DNA from: Chloroflexota bacterium | Lineage (GTDB): Bacteria; Chloroflexota; UBA11872; VXNJ01 | DNA: 64,000 nucleotides | Reading direction: 5' to 3' | Assembly: GCA_965261345.1 (NCBI GenBank) | Contig: OZ253449.1 | Location: 800,001-864,000, forward strand | Shown: positions 21,235 to 30,660 of the stretch, in pieces | Numbering within the stretch: position 1 is the first letter of the stretch | Layout: every line of letters starts with the position of its first letter | The notes under the pieces: model-generated | What the model saw: the letters and a program-made list of their open reading frames with translations, nothing else | Told to the model about the DNA's origin: nothing | Databases searched by the model: none | Made by a program: the position numbers and the translations under genes

Positions 21235-21943
21235 GCAAACCCAAGAAGCTGGCCCTGACAGCCTGCATGCGCAAGCTGCTGGTGATCTTGAACGCGATGG
21301 TGCGGCACGGCGAACTCTGGCGTGGGGAGCCCGTCTCGGACTAAACGCCTTGTAGGTCCCGACCGCTCTGCGAGCAAGGTCCCGGGCGAAGCCCTTGTCC
21401 GGGATCGGGCTCTCGCGGCGATTCCGCATCCGGTTACCGCTTCTCGATCGAGCCCGATCGGGGCTGCGTTCGCTATGAACCGCGGTCGGGGCGCTGGATA
21501 TCTCCTCCCCTATCTCCCCCGGACCCCTCTCATCCCACCTCTACGCATTTGACATTCAAGACGATTGCTACATCTAAGGGTTATGGACCAGGGATCAGGG
21601 AGAACGGTGGGCAATACACCCACGCCGCGTTCTGGTCGGTGGTGGCGTTCGCCATGCTCGGCGAGGGCGACAAGGCGAACTGTTCAACCTTTTAAACCCC
21701 ATCCGCCTTTCAAACCGGCGCGCGAGCGCCCACCGGTACAAGTTGGAGCCCTACTGGCAGGTCCCCGGTTTTGGTACCAGGTGGTTTGAGACATTGTCTT
21801 GTGGGAGGGTGCCGCCAGCTCTCCTGCAGGAGAGCTGGCGGCGAAGCTGATATTGCGGCCGCCCGTAGCACCCACGAAGACGGACGCCGGGCCGTCGATG
21901 AGGCCGGCCAGCAGCAGCCGGATTGCAACCGGAAGTTGATCCA

Positions 21944-22780
21944 TCACGCCGCCGCCTCGATCGCTTCCAGGGGCGCCAGGTAGCCGAGCGCCGAGTGCGG
22001 GCGCACGGTGTTGTAGTCGATCCGGAAGCGCTCCAGCATCACCCTGGCTTCTTCGAGGGTGAAGAATATCTCGCGGTCCAGGAGCTCGTCGCGGAGCTTG
22101 GATATGAACGATTCCGCATAGGCGTTCTCCCAGGGCGCTCCGGGCTTTATGTAGACGGTCTTGACGCTGTTGCCAGATAGCCATTGCCTTATCGCTTTGG
22201 CGGTAAATTCGGGGCCGTTGTCAGAGCGGATGTGCTCGGGGACCCCGTGGATGAGCATGAGGTCGGCGATTGTCTCGATCACGTCCCGGGCAGGGAAGGA
22301 TCGGGCCGCCCGGGCCGCTAAGGCCACGCGGGTGAACTCATCGACCACGGTAAGGATCCGCAGTGGTCTGCCGTCCTCGGTGCGCTCGTAGGTAAAGTCG
22401 TAGGCCCAGACGTGATTCGGGCGCTCGGCCATAAGCCGCGTAGAGCGTCCGTTCTCCAGCCAGAGGCGCGACTTCTTGACCTTTCGGATCGGGACCTTAA
22501 GGCCCTGCGCGCGCCAGATGCGCAATACCCGTTTGCGGTTCAGTTTCCAGCCCGAGTGTTTAAGCAGGGCGGTGATGCGCTTGTAGCCATAGCGGGGGTG
22601 CTTGAGGGAAAGCATCCTGATCTCGGCGGTGAGGTTGTCCTCTTCCGGATCGGGTTTTGGGATGTAGCGCTGGGTGCGGCGCGATTGGCCCAGCACCCGG
22701 CAGGCTCTTCGTTCAGACACCGGGAACTTGGCCCGGACGTGGTCGACGCACTTGCGCCGCCGCTCCGGGCTTAGAAGTTT
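21944..22780 (-). CDS. IS3 transposase OrfB (DDE), expressed by -1 frameshift
   Basis: HPRYGYKRI, WAYDF, VVDEFTR, RSDNGPEF, ENAYAESF, RPHSALGY. Confidence 0.92.
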   Translation of the reverse strand, partial: KLLSPERRRKCVDHVRAKFPVSERRACRVLGQSRRTQRYIPKPDPEEDNLTAEIRMLSLKHPRYGYKRITALLKHSGWKLNRKRVLRIWRAQGLKVPIRKVKKSRLWLENGRSTRLMAERPNHVWAYDFTYERTEDGRPLRILTVVDEFTRVALAARAARSFPARDVIETIADLMLIHGVPEHIRSDNGPEFTAKAIRQWLSGNSVKTVYIKPGAPWENAYAESFISKLRDELLDREIFFTLEEARVMLERFRIDYNTVRPHSALGYLAPLEAIEAAA

Positions 22781-23049
22781 CCCGAGGCCGTCTCTTTCAG
22801 GATCTGGTTGTCGAGCGTTAGATCGGCCACCGCGTGTTTTAAGCGCTTGTTCTCCTCGCGCAGGCGCTTGTTCTCCTTGGCCTCGGCGAGCGTCATCCCG
22901 CCGTAGCGGGAGCGCCAGCGGTAATAGGTCTGGACGTTGATCGCCGCCTTGCGGCAGCTCTGCTCGACGGTGTCGCCCTGGGCGACACCAAGCTCTATGG
23001 CCCGGAGCTTGTTGATGATCTGTTCGGGCGAGTACTTTCGCTTCGCCAT
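22771..23049 (-). CDS. IS3 transposase OrfA
   Basis: MAKRKYSPEQII HTH and leucine zipper; GGGAAAC -1 frameshift motif at the 3' end. Confidence 0.92.
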   Translation of the reverse strand: MAKRKYSPEQIINKLRAIELGVAQGDTVEQSCRKAAINVQTYYRWRSRYGGMTLAEAKENKRLREENKRLKHAVADLTLDNQILKETASGNF

Positions 23050-23890
23050 TGCAGTCCCCTTTCGTTGGAACCAGATTATTCACATTCCCTCTGGTACCAA
23101 TGAGGGGGAGCCGGCCACTACGTCATTGCCGCCGATGTGTTTGCGGCCTCCGCAGGTCGGTCGTGGCGGGTGGAGCTGGATGTATCGTGCGGCCATGGAG
23201 CAGATCATCGGATTTCGCAAGCAGGGGTCGGTCCCGCGAATCGATCCATGCATTCCCCGGGAATGGGAGCAATTCGAAATTACCTATCGACACGGCGCCG
23301 CCACCTACCAGAATGCCGTTGCGAACCCGAACGGGGTCTGCCGAGGCGTAGTGCAGGTCAGTCTGGATGGGACCGAGCTTGATCCCGACGGGCTGGTACC
23401 CCTGTCCGCGGATGGGTCCGAACATTCCGTCCGGGTGATCCTCGGCTAGCCGCGGCTGCGAACCCAAACGTCCTAGTCGGGGCGGGCATGGGCGCGGCCG
23501 ATTGACCTACCGCGGCCCATTGCGTCGGCCCGCGACAACTTCCACGTCCCGAAAAGTCGAAGCTGCCCCAATAGCTGGCAGCGATCGCGTCACGCCGAGG
23601 CAATGGTTTGGCGATGGTCAATCTCCTGCTGCTGACAGCGGCGATCCAACATCCGGAACGCGTTGGTGGTTCCCTTTTCGCCGATCGTCGAACCCCGGGT
23701 TCCCACCTTCGAACTGACAACCCCTGCGCAGATGGGTTTATAAGGCCGGACCGGCGGTTTTCCAAGAAATGACGATAGCGATCCTGGCCGGTCGCGTCCG
23801 CCGGTGGAATAACTTTCGCTGATCCGACTCGACGCATCACAAAATGAATGTGAAAACCCGCCAGCAATTTCCCTGAGCGACAAACCTGCG

Positions 23891-24739
23891 ATGGAACTAA
23901 TTGACAGCCACCACCACCTCTGGCTAATTGATGAAATGGAGCTCGAATGGCTCAGCGCCCAAGCCCGCGCCGAGCGGGGTCCACTGATCGCCGACTTCGG
24001 GTTGAGTCAAATGGCCGAAACCCTCGGACCGGTGGGGGTTACCGGGTCGGTGCTAATCGAGGCCTGGCATCGCGACCCGGACGTGATTCACTGGCTGCGG
24101 GAGGCCGAGAGATGCGCGAGCATTTGCGCGGTAATTGCCTGGGCGCCGTTGGACAGTCCCGACCTGGACCGGTGGCTGGATCGTTATGGCCAGTTCAGCA
24201 AATATCGTGGCCTACGTCTCAACAGCCAGGACGAGCAGGACCCGGACTTTCTACAACGAGCCGACATTGCGGCAGGAATTGAGAAATTAGCGGCGCGCAG
24301 CGGGTCAACGCTCGACCTCCTCATCAAGCTCGGTGACCTAAAAGATGTTCCCGGCCTCTGTTACCGCTTCGCCGAGCTGCCGATGGTGCTTGATCACCTG
24401 GCCAAACCGCAAACCTACCAGCCGGGTTACTTTGAGGTCTGGAGCAAGTTGATGCGCCCGTTGGTCGATATTCCAAATATCGTATTCAAACTCTCCGGAA
24501 TGCTCACCGAAGCCGGTCCCGACCCCGAGATCGGCCAGCTGGCCCGGCCAATCCGGTTCATGCTGGAAAACTTCGGTCCGGAAAGGCTAATGTGGGGCAG
24601 TGACTGGCCGGTCTGCCTCAATGCCAACAGCTATGCCAAGACGTACGAAATGATGGTCGGCGCCATCGGGCCGCTAACCGATTCCGAACGCCGAGCAATC
24701 TTCTCGCAGACCGCCCGCAGCCACTACCAGATTGGGTAA
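23891..24739 (+). CDS. Amidohydrolase_2 protein, L-fuconolactonase-like
   Basis: IDSHHHLW, VLDHLAKP, KLSG, WGSDWPV. Confidence 0.85.
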   Translation: MELIDSHHHLWLIDEMELEWLSAQARAERGPLIADFGLSQMAETLGPVGVTGSVLIEAWHRDPDVIHWLREAERCASICAVIAWAPLDSPDLDRWLDRYGQFSKYRGLRLNSQDEQDPDFLQRADIAAGIEKLAARSGSTLDLLIKLGDLKDVPGLCYRFAELPMVLDHLAKPQTYQPGYFEVWSKLMRPLVDIPNIVFKLSGMLTEAGPDPEIGQLARPIRFMLENFGPERLMWGSDWPVCLNANSYAKTYEMMVGAIGPLTDSERRAIFSQTARSHYQIG

Positions 24740-24850
24740 CCACTCGGTTTACCGGCGGTACCCAATAATTGGCCTTGCTAGGTTTATCGATGGGTTGACC
24801 AGGCGCCGGTCGCGAGATTGACCCGGCGCGGTTGAAGGGAGCAGATTTCG

Positions 24851-25978
24851 ATGGCGATTAGCAGTCCGCGTCAGGGTCGCACCAATCGGGCCAAATTGGC
24901 CACCCGGATCGTCGATTCCGACGTGCACCACGGCTTCGAAGACACGTCCGAGATGATGGCCTTCGTCCCTCCCGAGTACCGCGAGCGGACCAATTGGTAC
25001 GGCTTGGGGCCGCAGTTTAACCCGGTCCAGAACAACGGCGGGGTCAACGGCGGGCGCGGCGACCTGGCGTTCGACTACCCCGAAATCCCGGTCAGCACGC
25101 GCGAAGGATCGCTTAGGCGTTGCCGGGAAACCCTGCTCGATCGCTACGATATCGACTTGGCAATCCTTACCGGCGGACAAATGTACAGCCAGGCGGGCGG
25201 TATGGACTCCCAATACGGATCGATCCTCTGTCGCGCCTACAACGACTGGACGCGCCGGCACTGGCTCGATGAGGACGACCGGCTCCGCTACGCGATGGCA
25301 ATCGTGCCACTCGATCCGCAGGGCGCTGTGGCCGAGATCGAGCGTCTGGCGGACGATCCCCGAGTGGTGGCGGTGCAGGTCAACTGCGGATCGCTGCGAC
25401 CATGGGGAAACCCCATGTTCCACCCGGTCTGGGAAGCCTGCGCCAAGGCCGACTTGACGCTGCAGTTGCATTTGGGCGGCGAAGGAACCGGGATCAATGC
25501 CGACATGACCTCGGCCGGATTTCCAACCCACTATGTTGAACGCCGAATGGCCGAACCCGGTTTCTATTTGCCCCATCTGGCCAGCTTCATTTTTGAGGGG
25601 GTGTTTGCCAAATTCCCCAACCTGAAATTGGTGCTGGCTGAATCGGGTTTTACCTGCCTGCCGCACTACCTCTGGCGGATGGACGCTTCCTGGAAGGGGC
25701 TGCGCCACCAGGTTCCCTGGATAAACGAGCTGCCCAGCGAGATCTTCTTCCGGCACGTGTGGGTAACCACCCAACCGATGTACGAATACGACGAGGACCA
25801 AGGCAACCTGCGAAAGGTTATGGAGTGGATCCGCGGCGAGCAGACCTTGATCTACGCCAGCGACTATCCGCACTGGGACTGGGACGACCCCGCCGACGCG
25901 TACCGCACATTTCCGGCGGCGGCGCGCGAGCGGGTCTTCCACCAAAACGCGATCGAAGCCTATCCGCGATTAAGTTGA
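24851..25978 (+). CDS. Amidohydrolase-fold protein; candidate dinuclear oxygenase
   Basis: DSDVH, AYNDW, QLHLGG, LAESG, ASDYPHWD; adjacent to a Rieske gene. Confidence 0.8.
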   Translation: MAISSPRQGRTNRAKLATRIVDSDVHHGFEDTSEMMAFVPPEYRERTNWYGLGPQFNPVQNNGGVNGGRGDLAFDYPEIPVSTREGSLRRCRETLLDRYDIDLAILTGGQMYSQAGGMDSQYGSILCRAYNDWTRRHWLDEDDRLRYAMAIVPLDPQGAVAEIERLADDPRVVAVQVNCGSLRPWGNPMFHPVWEACAKADLTLQLHLGGEGTGINADMTSAGFPTHYVERRMAEPGFYLPHLASFIFEGVFAKFPNLKLVLAESGFTCLPHYLWRMDASWKGLRHQVPWINELPSEIFFRHVWVTTQPMYEYDEDQGNLRKVMEWIRGEQTLIYASDYPHWDWDDPADAYRTFPAAARERVFHQNAIEAYPRLS

Positions 25979-26400
25979 AAACTGCGGCAAAACGGGCTCA
26001 TGTCGTCTGTCGTGCCGATCAGTTGCCCGACGGGGAACGGGTCGTGGCCAAGTGCGGATCGATCGAGATTGGCGTCTTCAATCTGGGCGGAGAATACTTT
26101 GCCCTGTTAAATCGCTGTCCCCACAAGTCGGCGCCACTGTGCAAGGGATACCAGCGCGGTCATTTCACCGCGGATGCGCCGCGGCAGATCAGGATGTCGT
26201 CGGCAAAGGAAGTGATCATGTGCCCGTGGCACGGCTGGGAATTTGAAATCCGCACCGGGCGTTCCTACTTTAATCCGCACCGGGTGCGGGCGCGTTCCTA
26301 TGAGGCAGGCAAGGTCCCTGGCCAGGACCTGGCTGATGACCCCACAGTGCCGACATTCGCAGTCCGCCGCAAAGACGAGTACATCGTCGTTTATGTCTAG
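25975..26400 (+). CDS. Rieske [2Fe-2S] ferredoxin
   Basis: CPH...CPWHGWEF. Confidence 0.9.
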   Translation: MKTAAKRAHVVCRADQLPDGERVVAKCGSIEIGVFNLGGEYFALLNRCPHKSAPLCKGYQRGHFTADAPRQIRMSSAKEVIMCPWHGWEFEIRTGRSYFNPHRVRARSYEAGKVPGQDLADDPTVPTFAVRRKDEYIVVYV

Positions 26401-26459
26401 TTATCACGAACCCGATCGCACGGCGCGGTCCAAGATACGAACTTGTCGCATCGGGCCCG

Positions 26460-27317
26460 ATGCGTAACTTGCGAATCGGCATTGCCCAGCTGAACCCGAC
26501 CCTGGGCGACCTGGAGAAAAACCTGCAGATGCACCTGCGTGAAATCGCCCGCGCCCGCCGGCAGGGTTGCGATCTGCTGGTGTTTCCGGAGCTCTCGCTG
26601 ACCGGCTACGTACTTGAAGATCTGGCCTATTCGGTCGGTCTGACCCGACAGGATCCGATGATCGCCGAATTGGTGGCCCAGTCGATCGACATCTCGCTAA
26701 TCGTCGGCTTCGTAGAACACACGGTCGATCACCAGTACCGGATCGCCAGCGCCTACCTGGAAGACGGGAAGATCCTGCATGTCCACCACAAGGTCTATTT
26801 GGTAACGTACGGGCTATTCGACGAGGGTCGCTATCTGGCCGCAGGCGATCGAATCCGGGCCTTTGATACGAAATTCGGCCGCCAGGCAATCCTGATCTGC
26901 GAAGACCTTTGGCACCCGTCGGCGCTGGTGGTTGCGGCCGCCGACGGAGCCGACGTGATCCATGCTCCGGCCGCCAGCCCGGGGCGCGGAATCGCCGGCG
27001 GCGCCGACGTCCTGGGTTCGGCCCGAACTTGGCATGACCTGACCCGCGTCTACGCGCAGATGCTGGTCTGTTACCTCAGTTTTGCCAACCGTACCGGTTA
27101 CGAGGACGGCATCAACTTCTTCGGCGGTTCGCAGTTGCTAGGGCCCAGCGGCTCCGTTTTGGCCGCCGCCGACGGATCGGATCCTGATCTGATCTGGGCC
27201 GACGTCTCCGACGCCGCCCTGCGCCGGGCGCGAATCGCCTCGCCACTGCGACGCGACGAAAAATCCGGGTTGACCCTGGCCGAGCTTTCCCGGATTCGGC
27301 AACGGCAGCTGCAGTGA
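26460..27317 (+). CDS. Nitrilase-family C-N hydrolase; likely glutaminase partner of NadE
   Basis: FPELSLTGY, HHKVYL, ICEDLW (E-K-C triad); overlaps nadE start (GTGA). Confidence 0.85.
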   Translation: MRNLRIGIAQLNPTLGDLEKNLQMHLREIARARRQGCDLLVFPELSLTGYVLEDLAYSVGLTRQDPMIAELVAQSIDISLIVGFVEHTVDHQYRIASAYLEDGKILHVHHKVYLVTYGLFDEGRYLAAGDRIRAFDTKFGRQAILICEDLWHPSALVVAAADGADVIHAPAASPGRGIAGGADVLGSARTWHDLTRVYAQMLVCYLSFANRTGYEDGINFFGGSQLLGPSGSVLAAADGSDPDLIWADVSDAALRRARIASPLRRDEKSGLTLAELSRIRQRQLQ

Positions 27318-28180
27318 ACCCATTCGCCCGGGCCGGCCCCGGATTCGTGGCCGAACTGGATCGGACGCTCCAACTCGACGTTGACTTGGCCGAACAGATG
27401 CTGGTCGGATTCGTCCGCAACCAGGTTGGCAAGGTGGGATTTGAACGGGCGGTTATCGCCCTCTCGGGAGGGATCGATTCGGCGTTGTCGGCGATGCTGG
27501 CGGCCAGGGCACTGGGCCCAAAGAACGTGACCGCGGTGATGATGCCGTACCGGAAGAGCAACCCCGACAGCCGGGATCACGCCGAGTTGTTGGTCGCCCA
27601 GCTCGGGATCAAGGCCCAGCTGCGCGAGATCACGCCATTGGTGGATCCCTACTTTGCCGGCGAATCCGGGATAGGCAACCTGCGTCGCGGGAATGTGATG
27701 GCCAGGGCGCGGATGATGATCATCTACGACATGTCAGCGCGCTGCAACGGGTTGGTGATAGGCACCTCCAACAAGACTGAATTGTTGCTCGGCTACGGGA
27801 CCTTACACGGCGATATGGCCAGCGCGGTCAACCCGCTAGGCGACCTGTATAAGACCCAAGTCTTCGCGCTCGCAGAAGCCCTGGGGGCCCCGCCGCCGAT
27901 TCTGGCCAAGCCGCCCAGCGCCGACCTGTGGGAGGGACAGACCGACGAGGAAGAGCTGGGGCTTTCGTACCGCGACGTCGACCGCCTGTTGGTGCTGCTT
28001 ATTGATCGCCGGTTCAGCGCCCAGGAGGCGGTGTCGGAGGGGGTGGATGGCGACTTTGTTGCCCAGATCATGGACAAGATCCAAATCAATCAGTTCAAGC
28101 GCCGGCCACCGGTGATCGCCAAGCTTTCCGATCGCACGATTGAGCGCGAGTTTCGCTATCCGCGCGATTGGGGTGTCTAG
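27314..28180 (+). CDS. nadE: NAD+ synthetase
   Basis: LSGGIDS, GTSNKTE, YGTLHGD, PPSADL, QTDEEELG. Confidence 0.95.
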   Translation: MNPFARAGPGFVAELDRTLQLDVDLAEQMLVGFVRNQVGKVGFERAVIALSGGIDSALSAMLAARALGPKNVTAVMMPYRKSNPDSRDHAELLVAQLGIKAQLREITPLVDPYFAGESGIGNLRRGNVMARARMMIIYDMSARCNGLVIGTSNKTELLLGYGTLHGDMASAVNPLGDLYKTQVFALAEALGAPPPILAKPPSADLWEGQTDEEELGLSYRDVDRLLVLLIDRRFSAQEAVSEGVDGDFVAQIMDKIQINQFKRRPPVIAKLSDRTIEREFRYPRDWGV

Positions 28181-28266
28181 CTCGGGAATTGACTTTGCGA
28201 ATGGAGGCTGCGGGCAATTTCAGCGGATCCGATCGACCCGCAAGAAGCCATCCCGAACCCCGGGCC

Positions 28267-28343
28267 TGGTCGGGGCGGCCGGATTTGAACCGGCGACCTC
28301 CTGAACCCCATTCAGGTGCGCTTCCAGACTACGCCACGCCCCG
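28267..28343 (-). tRNA. tRNA-Pro(GGG)
   Basis: CGGGGCG acceptor, CCTGA-ATGGGGT-TCAGG anticodon arm, CCA end. Confidence 0.95.
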
Positions 28344-28385
28344 CTAACGGAAGATTATCCGCACTCGGCCCCGAGGACCGACGGC

Positions 28386-28736
28386 CTAATCCCCGAAAGC
28401 GCTGTTTGTGCCGGACGCGTAATCGGCGCGCGGCGGCGAAAAAATATCCAGGGCGATCGCGCTGCCGCCCACGGGGGCGGCCGAATGGCGGGCATTGGCG
28501 GGGATAAAGAAGAAATCGCCGGCTCCGAGCAGGTGCTCCTGCCCGTCGATTACGAAGCGGACTCGACCGGAGATCACCAGGCCCGCTTGTAAGTTGGGAT
28601 GCGAATGCTCAGGCACATCCGCCCCTTCGGCGAATTCCACGTAGGAGAGCATCAAGTCATTTTCGGTGGCGATCCGTGCCTCAACGCCGTCGATTAATCG
28701 CAGCGGCTTCAGGTCGGCTAGTTGATACGAGGGCAT
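28386..28736 (-). CDS. Cupin-domain protein
   Basis: PEHSHP, IPANARHS, DIFSPPR. Confidence 0.85.
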   Translation of the reverse strand: MPSYQLADLKPLRLIDGVEARIATENDLMLSYVEFAEGADVPEHSHPNLQAGLVISGRVRFVIDGQEHLLGAGDFFFIPANARHSAAPVGGSAIALDIFSPPRADYASGTNSAFGD

Positions 28737-28771
28737 TCTTACGGCCTGACTGACTGGTTCTTCCCGATCAT

Positions 28772-29500
28772 TTAAACAATTACGGTTCCGCCGCGCACCA
28801 CTTCGATGTCGTTACCCCAACGCTGCCCGGTCTCAGGATTGATGGCACGGGTAGGACTGAACTGGACGACGTAGGCGCGCCGGGGAGCGTTACTGGTGTT
28901 GGGCCCCGAGCGGTGCAGGCAGAGTGACGAGAAGACGGCAAACGCACCTTTTGGCAACTCGCAGGGAACCCCTTCGGCATCGCCCTGGTAACCAACCTTG
29001 TCGCCGCTTTGCTCATCGACTAGGTGTTTTTGCAGACCCCAGCGATGCGATCCCGGAATGACCCAGATGGTCCCGTTGGCAACGCTGGCATCCTCAAGCG
29101 GAATCCACAGGGTCAGGTATTCGAGCGGTTCGATCGGGACATATCCACTGTCCTGGTGCCAGGAAAACGATCCCCCGGTCTTCGGGGCCTTGGTTACCGC
29201 CTGGTTCCAATACAAACGCACGTCGGGCCCCAGCAGGCTGCCGGCCAGTTCAGCCAATCCACGTGAGAGCGCCAGACGCCGCCCGGCGTCGGATTGGGCG
29301 TGTATGTGGGCGATGAAGTTGCGACCCTGGTGGGATATTCCGACCCGCTCGCCGGTCGCCCCCAGATCCGCATCCTGCCTGGCCCGCAGGCGCTCGAAAT
29401 CCCGGGCCACCTCGTCTAGTAATTCATGATCGAGCACCGGCGGAGTGATGAAATATCCTTCGCTGCAAAATTTCTGCAGTTCTTGCTCGGTTGGAATCAA
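28772..29500 (-). CDS. Phytanoyl-CoA dioxygenase (PhyH) family protein (start uncertain)
   Basis: WHQD, WIPLEDA..NG..VIPGSH, HRSGPN..RRA. Confidence 0.88.
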   Translation of the reverse strand: MIPTEQELQKFCSEGYFITPPVLDHELLDEVARDFERLRARQDADLGATGERVGISHQGRNFIAHIHAQSDAGRRLALSRGLAELAGSLLGPDVRLYWNQAVTKAPKTGGSFSWHQDSGYVPIEPLEYLTLWIPLEDASVANGTIWVIPGSHRWGLQKHLVDEQSGDKVGYQGDAEGVPCELPKGAFAVFSSLCLHRSGPNTSNAPRRAYVVQFSPTRAINPETGQRWGNDIEVVRGGTVIV

Positions 29501-29672
29501 TTCGGTACCGCCAAACCTCGACCCGTCGGTTGTTTTGGTTTCCAATTTTGACACCAGACTTCCGGCGATCCCCTCTCGTTTTTGAAGAAATCGCCACCGG
29601 GACCGGTCGATATTGTGGCTAGACTGCGCGGAGCCGAACATGAAAATCCCAAGCGCACTGGAGTCAACCGCG

Positions 29673-30650
29673 ATGCCAAAGGCATTAATGGGCCGGCCAA
29701 TGGCCGAGTCATGGTTGCAAAAGACCCAACTCGACCGAATGCGGAGCGCCGGCTGGGAAATCGTAGTTTCGACCGCCGGTCCGCCGCTGAGCGAGGCCGA
29801 TTTAATCGCCGATATCGCCGGGGTAAATTACATATTCGCCAACGGCCGCGACGACCTTAACGCCAGGGTAATTGCCGCCGGCACCGATTTGCGTGGGATT
29901 TTCCGCACCGGCGTCGGGGTTGACATGGTCGACTTGGAGGCTGCCGCCAAGCGCGGGATTCCAGTCTGCAACACCCCGGGAGCCAACAGCGAAACGGTGG
30001 CTGACATGGCCCTGACAATGATGCTGATTCTGCAACGGCGGATTTTTGAGCTGGATGCGGCCATGCGCGAAGGGCGCTGGCATCAGATCCTTGCCCACAA
30101 CCTACACGACAAGTCCCTGGGAATCATCGGGCTGGGGCACATCGGGCAAGCGGTGGCCCGTCGGGCGCAGGCATTTCGCATGGACGTGTGCGGGTATGAC
30201 CCCTACATCCCGGACGTGGTTCTGGCCGATTTGAACATCGCCCGCGTGAGCGACGTTAACGGACTATTTGCCAATGTCGACGTGGTGTCCATTCACGCTC
30301 CGGCAACCGGCGGCACCCACCACATCGTCAATGCCCAGACACTCTCGCTCATGCGCAAGGACGCGATCTTAATCAACGCCTCACGCGGCGATCTCGTAAA
30401 CGAACCGGACCTGCTCGCCGCCCTCCAGGACGGCACGATCGCTGGAGCCGGTCTCGACGTATTCTGGAACGAACCGGCCTTTGACCCCCGCTTTGGGCAG
30501 CTCCGCAACGTGGTCTTGACCCCCCACGTGGCCGGCAATACGGTTGAAACAACCGCCGCAACCGCCCACGCCTGCGTCGACAACGCGCTGGCGGTGGAGG
30601 CCGGCAATTGGCCGCGCGCGGTGGTTGTCAACGGGATCTACTCCGACTGA
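29673..30650 (+). CDS. D-2-hydroxyacid / phosphoglycerate dehydrogenase-like protein
   Basis: GVGVD, NTPG, GLGHIG, INASRG, GLDVF, TPHVAG. Confidence 0.88.
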   Translation: MPKALMGRPMAESWLQKTQLDRMRSAGWEIVVSTAGPPLSEADLIADIAGVNYIFANGRDDLNARVIAAGTDLRGIFRTGVGVDMVDLEAAAKRGIPVCNTPGANSETVADMALTMMLILQRRIFELDAAMREGRWHQILAHNLHDKSLGIIGLGHIGQAVARRAQAFRMDVCGYDPYIPDVVLADLNIARVSDVNGLFANVDVVSIHAPATGGTHHIVNAQTLSLMRKDAILINASRGDLVNEPDLLAALQDGTIAGAGLDVFWNEPAFDPRFGQLRNVVLTPHVAGNTVETTAATAHACVDNALAVEAGNWPRAVVVNGIYSD

Positions 30651-30660
30651 ACCGCTAACC

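Larger units (their letters stand above)
18469..21344 (+). pseudogene. IS110 recombinase C split by an antisense intron (18469-19309 + 21235-21344)
   Basis: Joining gives ...[27 protein letters not shown]..., colinear with recombinase A. Confidence 0.9.
18268..21569 (+). mobile_element. IS110-C (IS621-like, CT core), interrupted by a group II intron
   Basis: CT core at 18266-67 and 21568-69; removal rejoins GH94 D-P-G-Y-I; junction promoter TTGACA-17nt-TATCTT. Confidence 0.92.
21755..23117 (-). mobile_element. IS3-family element, 1363 bp
   Basis: TG...CA imperfect IRs sharing TTGGTACCAG; 4-bp TSD CTAC at 21751-54 and 23118-21. Confidence 0.93.
16385..23449 (+). pseudogene. GH94 phosphorylase C-terminal part of a cyclic beta-1,2-glucan synthase (ndvB/cgs-like). 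Pieces: 16385-18267, 21570-21754, 23118-23449
   Basis: [41 protein letters not shown] (stop 17423-25), GDWNDGMN, RENGGQYTHAA, EPY|VIAADV; many frameshifts. Confidence 0.9.

Noticed and set aside
19308-21236. 7-bp direct repeat CGTTCGC at both intron junctions, as a possible TSD
   Set aside because: Group II introns make no TSD. Using it adds a residue to the recombinase and breaks the EBS/IBS register.
21234-21238. TTGCG as a near-canonical intron 5' end
   Set aside because: It would delete 4 nt of host coding sequence, and TTGC is part of IBS1 pairing with EBS1.
23660-23712. tRNA-like or att remnant (TGGTGG...TCGAACCCC)
   Set aside because: Spacing does not fit a tRNA 3' end, and it does not match the tRNA-Ser genes.
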